This document shows positions 42,488-55,965 of a stretch of DNA of 64,000 bases, one piece after another. Both the position numbers and the translations under genes were made by a program. The notes below the pieces were generated by a model. It had not been told where the DNA came from. It worked only from the letters and a program-made list of their open reading frames with translations, and searched no databases. Origin of the DNA: the human T2T-CHM13v2.0 reference genome, Homo sapiens; NCBI RefSeq assembly GCF_009914755.1, contig NC_060937.1. One strand, 5' to 3'. How positions within the stretch are numbered: position 1 is the stretch's first letter; each line of letters starts with the position of its first letter.

Positions 42488-43191
42488 CAGAAGACCCCTT
42501 CATCACATTTTTGCTTTCCTCAGTTTCAGTCACCCACAGTCAAATATGGTGTGAAAATATTAAATGGAAAATTCCAGAAGTAAACTGTATAAGTTTTAAA
42601 TTGGGCACCATTCTGAGTAGCATGATGAAATCTCATACCCTGGGATGTGAATCTTTCCTTTGTCCAATGCATCCATGGTATATATGCTACCTGCCCATGA
42701 GTCACTTAGCCATCTCGATTATCAGATCAACTGTGGCAGTATCACAGTGCTTGCATTCAAGTAGTTCCTATTTTACTTCACAATAGCTCCAAAGTGCAAG
42801 AACAATGATGCCAGAAATTTGGCTATGCCAAAGAGAGGCCAAAAGGTGCTTAGAGTACATAAAGTTGAAAGTGAAAGTTCTCAACTTAATAAAAAAAGAA
42901 AAAAGGTTGTACCTTTTGCTAAGATGTAGGGTAAAAATAAATATTCTATTTGTAAAATTGAGAAGGAGGAAAAAATTATGTTAGTTTTTCTGTCACACCT
43001 CAAACTGCAAAAGTTACAGCCACAATGTGTGACAAGTGCTTAGTTAAGAAGGAAAAGGCAGTAAATTTGGGAATGGAAGATATGAACAGAAAAGTGTTCT
43101 GATTGATGGCAATCAGGTTCATTACCATCTGTGGTTTCATGCATCCAATGGGGGTCTTAGAACATTTATTTCAAGGACAAGGGCTATTCTA
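42488..43191 (+). mobile_element. MER44 (Tigger7-derived) DNA transposon
   Basis: GAAAATATTAAATGGAAAATTCCAGAAGTAAAC...TTCTGAGTAGCATGATGAAATCTC...GCATCCAATGGGGGTCTTAGAAC. Confidence 0.85.
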
Positions 43192-45666
43192 AGGAACAAA
43201 GACCTGATAGAAGATAAAACATTATTCTATAAAATGGCAATTTCTCTCATGAATTACCTAAAACTAAAAGCCCCAAACACAATGCTATTAATTTTATGAC
43301 GGGTTTGCTGGCTGGGGGTAATTAACTGGTATTAAGTATGTATTTTATTTTCTCTTATTCATTCTAATGAAAAATTTTACATATTATTTTCATGAGCAAA
43401 TTTTCATATTTTGGTTGTTCATTTTTCATAAGAAACTAATTTGAACATGTTCAATAATTTTATAATTTTATTTTTCTTTTTAGTTCACCAAATATGAAAA
43501 ATATGATAGACATTTCATACTCTATATACATACAGAATAATTTGAATATTTGATAGGATAAATCTATTAAGATACAGTATATATAATAATAATTCTAGAT
43601 AACAAAGAAGAAAATTCCTTAGCTGACAGACAAGTTTGAGCAGAAGTTCCAGTACTGAGATATAAAAAGAAAGATGAACACAGGAAAATAGGGAGAAAGA
43701 ATTAATTAAAGAGAGAGAGAAAGAAGGAGACTGTGTGGAGGCTGGTGGCAATATAAATTCCCCAGATAGAAATCCACATTTTAGTACAAACTTTAAAAAT
43801 TCATCAGGATATCTATTATCTATTTATAGGAAACAAACAACAATGTCAACAACTAATGCACACATTATCAATAAGTTAATCTAAGTTTTTGATTTCAGCT
43901 TTTTATTAAAAAATAAACTGAAAATATATACTAAAGTTAAAGTACAACCAATGTTTCCTCTCTAAAAACATGAAGAAAAAATTGTTATCCCTTTATCAGA
44001 TGAAAAGGTTTTAAAACCTGGCAATTATGATCTTAATTAATACAAGTGATGAATGAAAGACTTCAGTTAGCAATAAACAGTAGAAGTGAGAGGTGGTCAT
44101 TTATAATACCACCTCTAGACACTCCAGCATCATCTAAGTTATACCAAAGCCATTAAAGTAATTTTATTGAACATGAAATTGCAAGGAAAATAAAGAAGAG
44201 CCAATAATTTGACAATCAACCAACCAAATATAGAGAGTTCCTAACAACCAATCAACCAAATATATAGAAAGTCCATAACACTTGCACAGCTCAATTGAGC
44301 ACTGGAATTCTTTATATTTTTAAGAATTATTGGATCCAGTTGCAGTGCAGCTAGTTGTTGGAATACCAACTAAAATTTATAAAAAATAAATTTTTGTGTG
44401 TGACAGGAATCTAGGTTTGGATAAGGCTAAAACAATCAGGAAGTTAACATAATAGATGGCATCACTCAAGAGAATTTCTAGTTATTCATAGATTATAAGT
44501 GGATATATATACTCAATTGCTAATTCAAATTTATTACTGAGTGCCTATCACAGAATAATTATTCTTTCCTACTAGGGATCATTCATCTAGGCACTGGAAC
44601 ATAGTGCTCTCCCACAATTTGCTTTCGTTTCCAAATGAAATATAATATTACAGTTAAATAAAATTTATCCTTTAAATACAACAAATATTGGTGACATGGA
44701 TCCAAATTAAAAGCTAGTAGCATTATTTGTGTGACATCAGAAAATTTGATCTCTGAGTTTTTTAAATCTACCATTGGGGTGAAGAATTATATTTAAAATT
44801 TACTTATAGGTCTGTCTTCTTCTTATAATAATAAATGAAATTTTACATTATAAAGTACTTTGGCAAACACTAACAAATGATCACAATTAGAAGCGAAAGT
44901 ATCATTTGCCTAGATTTCCCAGATGAAAATGCTTTTATAGAGGATAGTGGCAGTCTTAAGATCATTCAAAGAGTAAGTCAATAATCTGAATAAAATTGCA
45001 GGGTGTCATACCTTTAACTAAGTGACCTGCAGTTCCACAAATCTTGGTTCATTTAATGTATTTAACTGAATAGTGGAATATTTAAAATAAATGTTTAAAA
45101 ATTTGTAAATACTTTTTAGAAAAAAATACTTAACCTCAATCCCACACTGGTAGATGTGTTTGGTAGATAAACTAAAACAAGGACTATGCTGTATTTAAAG
45201 TTTTATATGTTTTTCTTCAGTTAGTATATCTGAAAAGATTTGGCTCAAGTTCCAAAAAAAGATCCTTCTAAATTAATTTTTACGATTGTTTTAAATTTTT
45301 TCTTATGTTTGTTCATTTCTTGTGTCTGTCATTTTTAAAATAGCACTAATTAACTCAAGGCTGGAGAGAAAATTGCATTACTAGATCCTGGAAGCTATGA
45401 CCATAGTATAGATGCTGGAATTATGACAGGGCTGTTCTTCAGAAAGTATGGTTTGGTGGAAAGTGGAATTATAAAGACATAGGGTCACCTTATTCATTTT
45501 GTTCATTAGGTACCACGTCTTGGTTTTGGGATCACTTAGAGGTACAAAAAAAGTTTTAATTTTAATTTCTTTAAAATTGAAAGAAAAAAATGAATACAAT
45601 ATTTGCAAATATATAATAATAAATGCAATCTGAATTATAATCATTTTTATACCAACATGTTCATTG

Positions 45667-45684
45667 TAGATAGATGGATGGATG

Positions 45685-45726
<42 letters not shown>

Positions 45727-45780
45727 GATATATAGAGCTCTCTCTCTCTCAAAGAGAGAGAGATACCTTTATAGAGAGAG
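45667..45780. repeat. Compound (GGAT)n(AGAT)n microsatellite followed by (CT)n/(GA)n
   Basis: Read directly; about 10 uninterrupted GATA units. Confidence 0.95.
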
Positions 45781-45784
45781 ACAA

Positions 45785-46006
45785 CCTTCTGGGCTCCAAC
45801 AATCTTCCTGCCTCAGCATCTGGAGTGGATGGGTCCACAGGTGTATGGCACCATGCCCAGCTAATTCTTTATTCTATTTTATTTTCTGTAGAGACAGAGT
45901 CTTGCTATGTTGCCCAGGCTGTCCTTGAACTCCTGGCATGAAGCAATCTTCCTGCCTTGGCCCCCCAAAGTGCGGGAATTATGGGTGTGAGCCAACAAAC
46001 CTGGCC
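45785..46006 (-). mobile_element. AluJ-like partial element
   Basis: GTAGAGACAGAGTCTTGCTATGTTGCCCAGGCT...CAAAGTGCGGGAATTATGGGTGTGAGCC. Confidence 0.85.
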
Positions 46007-46099
46007 AGAAAATATAATCGTTATTTATTTATTTTTCTTATGGACAAAGGGGTGCACAGAAGCAAAAGTGCATAGTGCCCTTGAAAATCACTATTCGAT

Positions 46100-47150
46100 A
46101 CTTTGGAAGAAGTACAGCCTTGCTTAGAAACACCATCCAAAGCATAATAAGCAAAGAAATATGCTATACTTTTTCTTTTAATATACTCTAATTTTCTGGT
46201 AAGATTTCCCTGTGACTGAATCTAGCTGGAAGCATATTCACAAGAAATCCTGGGAAATGTAATTTGCACTGTTAGCATATTCTGGTACAGTGCCTTAGGG
46301 AGGCAAGGAATAGATACCGGGACATTACTAGGTCAATCCACCTATATTGTTATTTATCATTGATATAACAATTTCCCTATATATGCAAATAAAATTATCT
46401 TTCATCCCTCCATCTAACATGAAACAACTATTCAACAAACAAAGACATTCATATCTTCTTCAGAAAGAGAAGACACACGTTCTCAATCAATTATTAACCA
46501 TTTCAAAGTTCAGGATCTCCAGATGGTAATCAGACTTTTCATCAGATAAGAAAATGCGCTCCTAATATTTATATAATAAATAGTAGAGGTGGGTAAGACT
46601 TTGGCTACTGAGTAGGATGGCATGGCAGAACAACCCCAAGAATAACTAGAAAATTAAATAATAAATTAATCTTATTTTAAAGACATTAAAGGCCTCAACA
46701 TTCAAACCCTGTCACTGAGTAATTTTGTACATGGGCCAAATGATCAAAGGATTGAGGAAGATGAGCACAAAGGAGGAATAATATCCATAGGATGTGTCAT
46801 TTTGTCCACTTGATTATTGAAAGTCTCCTTGGTAGTAGATGAGAAGTTACATGAAAAACATATCCTCACATCCTGTGCCTACGCTTACGGTTCCATACAC
46901 ATAACTCTTCCCCAGAGCTCCATGTGACAGATATTTTAATCTTGTTCTTTCCTAATCTCTAATCCAGGAAATGTAGATCTTTATCTCAGGTGACTTTTTT
47001 CTTTACACAAGGAAGATAATCAAATGTGCTTCTTGAAATTTTACCTATATTTCAATTTCTTTCTGAGCTAACCCTGAGTTGGGCTGTAATGCAATGCCCA
47101 TCTGCTTCCAGGTGAAAGAAACATATCAAGTAGAACTATACGTAAATCAT
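46100..47150 (-). mobile_element. MLT1-type LTR part plus ERVL/MaLR internal sequence with pol (RNase H region) remnant
   Basis: Minus-strand translation of 46920-46783: ELWGRVMCMEP*A*AQDVRI / VFHVTSH / ETFNNQVDKMTHPMD, resembling ERVL pol (WGRGMW..., HV.AH, FNNQVD.MT). Confidence 0.65.
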
Positions 47151-47404
47151 GTTTTATCTTTATTTTATTGTATTTCTATAGATTTAGGTGGTACAAGTGA
47201 AGTTTTGTAACATTGACACAGTGTGTGGTGGTGAAGTCTGGGCTTTTAGTGTAACCATCACCCATATACTTTTTGTTTTCCTTTAATTGGCCATTTGGCC
47301 ATAGATAGGGTAATCATACATCTGATTTGTGCATTCCTATTGTTAAAACGTAATGATTTATAACTTTAAATTATCTTTACTCTCTGACATTTGGGTCATC
47401 TAAG

Positions 47405-47570
47405 TCAATGCTTTTTCAAATCTTATAGGCATATTAGTAATGTGATGATTTTATTGAAATACAGATTCTGATTCAGAAATTCTGTGGTGGGGCCTCAAAG
47501 TCTGCATTTCTAACAACCTTTCAAGAGAGGCTGAGGCTTCTGGTCAGTGGCCAAACTCTGAGAAGTGAAG
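47405..47570. mobile_element. MER5-like hAT MITE
   Basis: AATACAGATTCTGATTCAGAAATTCTGTGGTGGGGCCTCAAAGTCTGCATTTCTAACAA. Confidence 0.8.
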
Positions 47571-50500
47571 ATTTACAGAAATTTCCATCTCTGGTTTACC
47601 AAAATATCATCAATGTAGGGGACTCGTAGGAAGTCCATTTATGAAAATCTTTGCAAACTACATGAGGAGAGAGTCAGAGAGTTGACATGGCCCTGATATA
47701 AGACAGATGAGTTACACTGCTACTGATAAAAGAACACTACCAGTAATTTTATGGAAACACCGTGGCAGATTAAAAAACAACAATAACAACAACAAAAAAC
47801 AAGTAAACAAACAAAATTTGCTCAAGGAGATGCCAGAAGCTGGGTAGAATAATAATGCACTTTAATGTCTACCAGGTTGGGTTTAAAATAATTCCATAGG
47901 CATTCTCTAATATCCACCCTTCTCACTTCAAATTTAGAGTTTTGGCAGAGAATATTGTTTTTGAAGCTAACATTTGGCAATTCCTACAATAGTAACCTAG
48001 ATTCATGGGTTAGAACCTCTTGCTAAGTTTTTACATCCGTATTTATTTATTGGGACAAGAAACAGGAGCTCTCTAGAGAAGATAACAGAACTTGTATTTT
48101 CTTACGGAACATCTTAGCAGTGCCAGCTTCCCATATGCGGATTCCTCATGAGGCAATGTAATGAAGGCCAGACGTGCCTGTGTGTGCAGCAGAGTTAGCA
48201 TTACAGGGAGGAACACTGAAATTCAGACCCAGAGTTTACATAGGGCAGCTGCCCATCTGTCCATCATCCCTTTCAGGGAGATGGAGAGGGAAAATAAGCA
48301 AACAAATAAACAAACCTTGATTTGAGAAGGTAAATAAATCCTCTCTGGGAAGAGGATAATCCAACTGCTGTTAAAAAAAAAAAATGAATTTCAAAACTGA
48401 AAACTGTAACGTCTGACTTAAAAATTCACTGGGTGGGCTCAATTGAATAATGAAGATGACAGAGAAATTAGTCACTAAACTTTGACAGTAGGAATTATCC
48501 TACCTGAAAAACAGAGAGAAAAAATAAAATATTTTAAAAAATAAACAGAGTCTTGGAAACAGTGGAAAAATATCAAAAAGATCTACTAGTCTGGTCATTT
48601 GATTACCACAAGGAAAGAAGAAAAACACTGGTATAGAAAAAAAGTTGTAGAAATAATGGGCAAAAACTAAAATTTATGAGTGGAAAGAGCTAAGACCTTT
48701 TTGCAACCGTCATGTAACAAAGACACAAGAGAATGCATTTTTCATTGACTGACCTAAACTGGCAGATAAATGCAAAACTGCAATGTCCTTTTTCTGAACT
48801 TACTTAACCCTAGATTATATTTTGAGGACTTAAAATTATTAATTCCTTAAATGCACTTTTCTGGAATTTTGACCATCTTTTCAAGAACTGAAACCCAAAG
48901 AAACAGCATCTATTTATCATTTCCAACTATTAAAAGAAGTTAAATATCCCTGCATTCAAAATTTTGAGAATTTTGAGAATTACTGATCTATTTAATTTCC
49001 CTGCACTTAATTATCATTTGAAGCAAAGTTATAGCAATAATTTTCTGTACACTGTTTTTGTTGTTCTCAGGTAAATTTATTAAACATTAGATTATTAAAC
49101 TGAAAATGCTTATATAAAAATTATTTTAGCCCCATATTTGACAGTATCAACTCATATTAGTCAATACCTCAACCAATAACCTAAAAATTAGGGACCTAAT
49201 GACATTTGTGTAATTTCTTCTTTGGGCTACTCAATTTGCTTCTTGTCAGTTAGGATGTGTGCATGAGGTCTGAGGATGTGGTGAGGGGATTGAACATCCA
49301 TTCATACCTATCCTCCAAAATGCAAGATTCTGCTTAGGTTTTAGTTGTCAGTTATAGGGATCTATACAGAACATCCAACTACAGCACTGCCTGTTTCTGA
49401 GATTTATAGTTAATCATTATAAAGGGGAAATCCACTCACAGAAAAACGCTCAGGGGCCTTCACTAATCCCTACACATCTTAAAAGATCTGGCAGTAGACT
49501 GTGGAACCAGGACTCTATTCTCATTTCCAGGAGCATGGCAATTTATCACTCCCTTAGCTGTAATTCTGCAGCAAAGAAATGTGTAAATTTCACCTTGGAG
49601 GAATTAGCTGAGCTGCTTTTTGTGCATTTGTAATGCGTGTATGTATTCCAACTCTACTATTTTATTATTATGAATCATGAGCAGTCAGTTGTTCCTTTAT
49701 TTCTTAGTCTTCTACATCTTCCACTCAAAAAAGACCTTTAAAAGTCACCTAAAAAGGCTGTAGGTACCCCGGGACAATAAATCTCTACCTGTTATCTGAT
49801 TTGTTACAATGTTAAAATCTTTTCCTGACAAGCCTAAAGCTCTATATAGAAATTTTTTTGTCCTTTTTAAAGGTCTTTTGTCAGAATAAAGGTTTATATT
49901 GTATTTAGTTTAAAATCTAGCAAAAGTTTATGCCATCTACAATTAAAAGTAAAATTATGTAGCATGATATTAAATTTCTATAATGTAATTGAATATGATA
50001 AAATCATTTGTGTCTCTTTACTTTTGGTAAAATCTGGCCTAATTTACTAGTTTTGGAAAAAGAAAGAAAATATATAGTTATTATGCTTGTTGTTTTTCTC
50101 CTTACTATTACAATCTTATATTAGAAATTCATGCAAAGATGTCATTCCCTACATATTTGCTAAGTGAACTAAAAACTATTTTCTTGTGATAAAGAAGTAT
50201 GACTGTAGAAATGCAAATCAAGTAATCTTTAATTTCCTAAATGTGTATTAATATATAGAGCAAATATTAAGAAAATGTTTATAAATTATTACTGAATATA
50301 TTTTACGATCAGTTTTTTTTTATTTGACTGCCATTCACAGATTGCTGTTTGTGTGCATAAGTGTGGGAGGGGAGTAGGTATGTATTTACTTTATTAATTC
50401 ATTTTAATCATTATCTCACTGAGAAAGAGGGCAAGGATTTAGTGTTAAAACATTTGAAATATTTATATCAATAACCAAAGTGTATTATACATAGTAGATG

Positions 50501-51217
50501 GAAAAGTGTTTCTGAGTAATTGCAAACTGATTAATAAATTTTAATTTTCTTCTAATTTCTTAACTATATGGTTAAAGATTCCATACATGGATTGATTGAA
50601 ACAATTGCTCACTTTCAAACTTTCAAACTTTTTATACCTCTAGAATATTTTTATTATATTTACTTTTTTTAAGAAAACGACAAGAACACAAAAATATTTG
50701 AATATAATCAAACATTTGTCTATTATGAAAATATTGTATTTTTTCAAACAAAAATATACATGAACATAAAATTTTGAATAGCATCCTTGCCCAAATGGCA
50801 GTCTAGATGACATAAAAACTTTCCCAAAGCAAACAACTACTAAAATACAATAAACACATATTTAAAGACACAGATATAAAATAAAGGAATTTCTAGGGAC
50901 CATTAACAAAGAAAAAGTATAAATGAGAGAAAAAACACATATACAGTCACAGCTAGTACAATTTTCATAAAACAAGAATTGGTGAAGGAGGCCATGTGCA
51001 AATGACAATTATTTTTGAATTCCCCGTATTGATGAAAGACAAGAATTCTCAGATACTGAAGTACAATGCATCTTGATCAAAGTAAATAAAATATAACCCA
51101 TAAAAAACACATAATTAGATGCATCTAAAAAAGGCTCCCCGTAAAAACTTAAATAACTATATACTACTAATCAAATTTTCAACAAAGAAAAAAAACTAGC
51201 AGATTATTTTGATACAA

Positions 51218-51708
51218 TGTTAGAGGCAGGAGGCAAAGAAATTCTAGGCAGACAAGGGTAGGTCCCTGACAAAACCTCACCTTCAAGCCAAAAAGCCTGA
51301 AACCTGCGGACCAATGCGGCAACCTCTATCCCTGTTTTCCCTCTTGAATGTTGCCTTTTTCTAAACTACCCATGGCCCACCCCACCCCTATTCCTGTACC
51401 TATGAAGACCTCAGACTCAGTCGGAGAGAAGAGGAGAAGCAGCTGGACATCAGAGAGAAGCAATGTGACTTCAGAGGGACAGATCAATGGCTTGACTTCG
51501 GAGAAGAGTCCGGCCAGAGATGGCTGGACTGGAGGGGAAGATTACCTGCCTGTTCTATCCCCTTTTCTAGCTCTTCTTCCTGCTAACAGCCACTTTCATT
51601 GTTCAATAAAATCCTCCTCATTCACTTCATTTTTCCTGGACACCGGACAAGAGCTCAGAACCCACAAGTGCATATAACTCCCCAAACAGGCTGTCATACT
51701 AGCCTTCA
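51218..51708 (+). mobile_element. 3'-truncated ERV1 LTR (LTR27/LTR1 group) inside L1M ORF2
   Basis: Shares GCAGGAG...ATTC(C)TAGGCAGACAAGGG...ACCTTCAA.CCAAA with the LTR at 13445; AATAAA at 51605; L1 resumes at ~51710. Confidence 0.8.
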
Positions 51709-52534
51709 GCTAAAGATGGCCTCACCAGGGAATTTTATGAAATGCTTTTAATTAAATACAACCAATACTGCACAAAATGAGAGTAAGAGGGCATACTTTC
51801 CAACACATTTGTAAGGTCAAAATTATTTTATGCCAAGATCAAAGATCTTTCAAATAGAAATACAATATATCAACATCCCTCATGAACACAGGTGAAATCA
51901 TTAACAATATCAGCAAATCTAATTCAGTATATAAAAATGAAAACACACTATGACCAAGGGAGTATTATACTGGGAATGAAAGACAGGTTCATACTTAAAT
52001 GATCCAATATAATTAACAACAGAATAAAGGAGAGAAACATATGATTATCTCAAAAATACATGAAAACAATTGCAAAAATAATTAACCCCATTCATGGTAA
52101 AAATTCTCATTAAATTAGAAATAGAAGGAAACTTGAGCAAGAAAAAGAAGCAGCCACAAAAAATGTATAGTTAATATCAAGCAGTAGGTTGAAGTATTAA
52201 TTTCCTCTCCCTAAATTGAGGGTAAGGCAAGAATGGTCAGTCTCTTAAGTCAAGAAAATAAAATCTTTATGTGTCATGTTAGAAACAAAAAATGTGAAAC
52301 TCCCATTATTCAGAGTTGACATATTCAAATACATTTAAGAATCTCAAGATATGTGCAAAGAAGCTACTCAAACTGAATAACTTTGACAAGTTTTAGGATA
52401 AAAGGTCAATATATTTTGACCTTTTCAGTTATGTTTCTATGTATTGACACTAAACAACTGAAACATAAAAATTTAACATAACACCATTTAAAATGACAAA
52501 AATAAAAGCATACATCTAGAAAAGGATGTAGCTT

Positions 52535-53540
52535 CAAAATATGTAAATCACTGAGGTTTCTGGGAAGATGCGAAGAATAAGAAGCACCAGGAATTTGTTT
52601 CTCACATAGGCAACAATTCCACCGCATAATTTGTCTGATGAAACTATTTTGAACTCTAGAGGCTAATGAAGGCTTGCAACTTCCAGGTGAAGACTTAGAT
52701 GATAAATTGTCATTATTTTTAGTCAGTTTCAGCTGTTAGCACAGTGACTAAGAGCCACCCATCCCCCAGTCTTCAACCACAGGGTAGACAGCTATACCCC
52801 TATTTCTCTAACAGCTTGAACACAGCTTGTGGGAGCCAGAGTAGGCAAAAAAGAACTCTGTCCTTCAAATATTGAGAACTGTGGTCTGATTGCTGATTGC
52901 TGCTTCTGATCACAAAGTCACAGACACAAAATCAGGCAACCATTGATGCACCTCCTCCCATTGTTGCAAGCCTCCTCTCTGGCTAATGTGACTTCCAAGA
53001 GATTTAAATGCCAGATGTCCTCTTCCATTTCATTATTTTTTCCCTTTTGGGTGCCAGACATTAAGCAATAAAATGTTCAAAAACAATTACATATACTGGA
53101 AAATTGAAAGTGAGCATTCATGCCCAATGTCTCAGAAAAGATAGGAGAAAACCATAAGTTTACATCTCAGTCTGATCCTTTGTACACAGACAGCCTAAAA
53201 CAATTAAAAACAGAAACAATAATAAAAACCAGAAAACTCAGGGGAAGAAGGAGAACTGAATTTTCAGAATCTAATTATCACATTATTGGATTCCATTGTC
53301 TGGTTTTCAGCAAAACAACAACCACAAAATAGCAAGAAATATAAAGAAACAGGAACATATGGTCTAGTCAAAGGATAAAAATAAATCAAGAGAAAATGTC
53401 TTTCAAAAAGTCTGATAGCAGATTTGCAAGAGAAACTGAAGGAGGGGAAAGACAGAAAGTGTCAAAGAGAATGTTTGAAGAAGTAACGGCTGAAGACTTC
53501 AAATTTGCTGAGAGACATAAATATATACATTCAAGACCTA
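52535..53540 (+). mobile_element. Old L1M 5'UTR/ORF1 fragments
   Basis: GAGGTTTCTGGGAAGATG...GAAGCACCAGGAAT start; ORF1-like GAATGTTTGAAGAAGTAACGGCTGAAGACTTC. Confidence 0.55.
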
Positions 53541-54198
53541 CATTCATCATTGACCTGTATTCACCCTTATAGTATTATATAAAGTATTTTTACTACCCTA
53601 CAAATTCTCTGTGCTCTGCCTATTTATTCCTCCTCTCTCAGCCTCACCCTGGCAACTACTGATCTGTTTATTGTCCCTTTAGTTTTGCATTTATGCAGAA
53701 TGCCATATAGTTTAGTTCATACAAAATGTGGTCTTTTTATATGTGCTTCTTTTACTTAGTAATATGCATTTATGGTTTTGCCATGTCTTTTCAGAGACTG
53801 ACAGCTCATTTCTTTTTAATGCTGAATAATATTCCATTTACTGTATGTATCACAGTTTATTTATTCACCTAATAAAAGACAACGTGGTTGCAGCCAAGCT
53901 ACTGTAAATATCAAAAAGGAAAAAAACGAAAGATTTGACTGTGTACTACCTTTACCAGTGTGTTTTATACTTTTATATGTTTTTGTGTTACTAATTAGCA
54001 TTCTTTTCTTTGAGATTGAAGAACTCTCTTTACCATTTCTTTTTAGAGAGGTATGATGGTGACAAACTCCTTCAGCTTTGTTTGTCAGATAAAGTCTTCA
54101 ACACTCCTTTGTTTCTGAAGGACAGCTTTGCTAGGTTACCAAGGACAGTATACTTGGTCAGCAGTTGTTGCTGGTGTTTTTCCTTCAACACTTTAAAT

Positions 54199-54302
54199 CA
54201 GAGGTGTCCAATTTTTGGCTTCCCTGGGCCGCACTGGAAGAAGAAGAATTGTCTTAGGCCACACATAAAATACGTTAACAAACACTAACAATAGCTGATG
54301 AG

Positions 54303-54336
<34 letters not shown>

Positions 54337-54455
54337 CCCCCCCAAAAAAATCATAATGTTTTAAGAAAGTTTACAAATTTGTGTTGCACGGCATTCAAAA
54401 CCAACCTGGGCCACGGGCCACAGGCGGTCTAAGGGCCACAGGATGGACAAGTTTG
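54199..54455 (+). mobile_element. MER30 hAT MITE
   Basis: CAGAGGTGTCCAATTTTTGGCTTCCCTGGGCC...GGACAAGTTTG; perfect 8-bp TSD CTTTAAAT at 54191-54198 / 54456-54463. Confidence 0.93.
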
Positions 54456-55544
54456 CTTTAAATATATCATATCACTTTCTTCTGCCCTGTAAGATTTCTG
54501 CTGAGAAATCTACTGCTAGCCATATGGGAACTCTCTTATGTTATTGGTTTCTTGTATCTTGCTGCTTTCAAGATCCTCTCTTTGTCTTTGATTTTTGACA
54601 GTTTGATTCTATTATGTCTTAGTGTAGTCTTGTTTGGATTGATTCTGATTGGAGAATTTTGACCTTCCTGTATCTTCATATTTATTTATATATTTCCCCA
54701 AATTTGGAACGTTTTCCATTATTTCTTTAAATGTGTTCTACTCCTATATCTTTCTGTTTTTCCTCAGGAAGTTCTATAACTGGAACATTTGTTCTTTTGA
54801 TGCCGTTTCATCAAGCCAGTACATTCTCTTCATTCATTTTGATTCTTTTTTCTTTTCTCCTCTCATAATCTGTCTTAATTGTCTTTCTTTTGCTTGATCA
54901 ATTTTTGTTGATATTCTTTATTGCATTTTATATTTCATTTTTATATTTTTTGCTCCAGAATTTCTGTTCAATTTTTTAAAATATAATTTCAATCTCTATT
55001 TAATTTCTAGTTTTTATAATTTATTGTTTGTCTGATTACATTGAATTTTTTTTCTGTATTTTCTTCACATTTGCTGAGCTTACATACACAAATTATTTTA
55101 AATTCTTTGGCAGTTCTAACATATCTGTGTATTTGCTGTTAGCTAGTGGGAGATTATTGTGTTCTTTTGGTGGTACTATGTCTCATTAGTTTTTTTCTTT
55201 TTGTATTCCTTATTGCCTTATTTTGATGTGTGCATATTTGCAGAAGGGACTTATTCAAATGTTTGTAAACTAGTTTTTGCTGGGAAAACTCTTAACCAGT
55301 CAGATGATCCAGAGATTCTGGGAAGGCTGTTTGTTGTGGTACAAGGACAGTTTTGCTGCTGGGGTCCTTGGGCAGGTTGGCCTGGTCCCTGAGTCAGCAG
55401 AACAGTAGGTCTGATGCTAATTCCATGGCATTGGGCCTGGAGCCTGGTCCACTGGTTTAGACCTTTGATTGGGTCTACAGGATGGCCCTTGAGTCATGGC
55501 CCTTGAGTCTGGGTGCACAAGGTTGGAGCTGGAGCCTGTGTCCA

Positions 55545-55965
55545 TGTATTAGGCCATTCTTTGATTCCTATAAAGAAATAACTGAGATTGGGTATTTTAT
55601 AATGAAAAGAGGTTTCACTGGCTCATCGTTCTGCATGATTTACAGGAAGCATTGTGCTGATGTCTGCTTGAGTTCTCGGGAGGTTTCAGGAAGTTCGCAA
55701 TCTTGGCAGAAGGCAAAGAGAGGCAGAGACATCACATAGCAAAAGCAGAAGCAAGAGTAGTGGGGGTGGGGAGGTATCACACACTTTTAAATAGCCAGAT
55801 CTCATGAGAACTCACTATCACAAGAATAGCATCACAGAGATGGTGCTAAACCATTCATGAGAAATCCACCCTCATAATCCAATCACCTCCTACCGGGTAA
55901 TCCCAATATTAGGGATTACAGTTAAACATGAAATTTGGGTGGGGACACATATGCAAACTATATCA
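55545..55965 (-). mobile_element. MSTB-like solo LTR
   Basis: TGTATTAGGCCATTCTTTG...CAAACTATATCA; TSD GTCCA/GCCCA. Confidence 0.9.
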
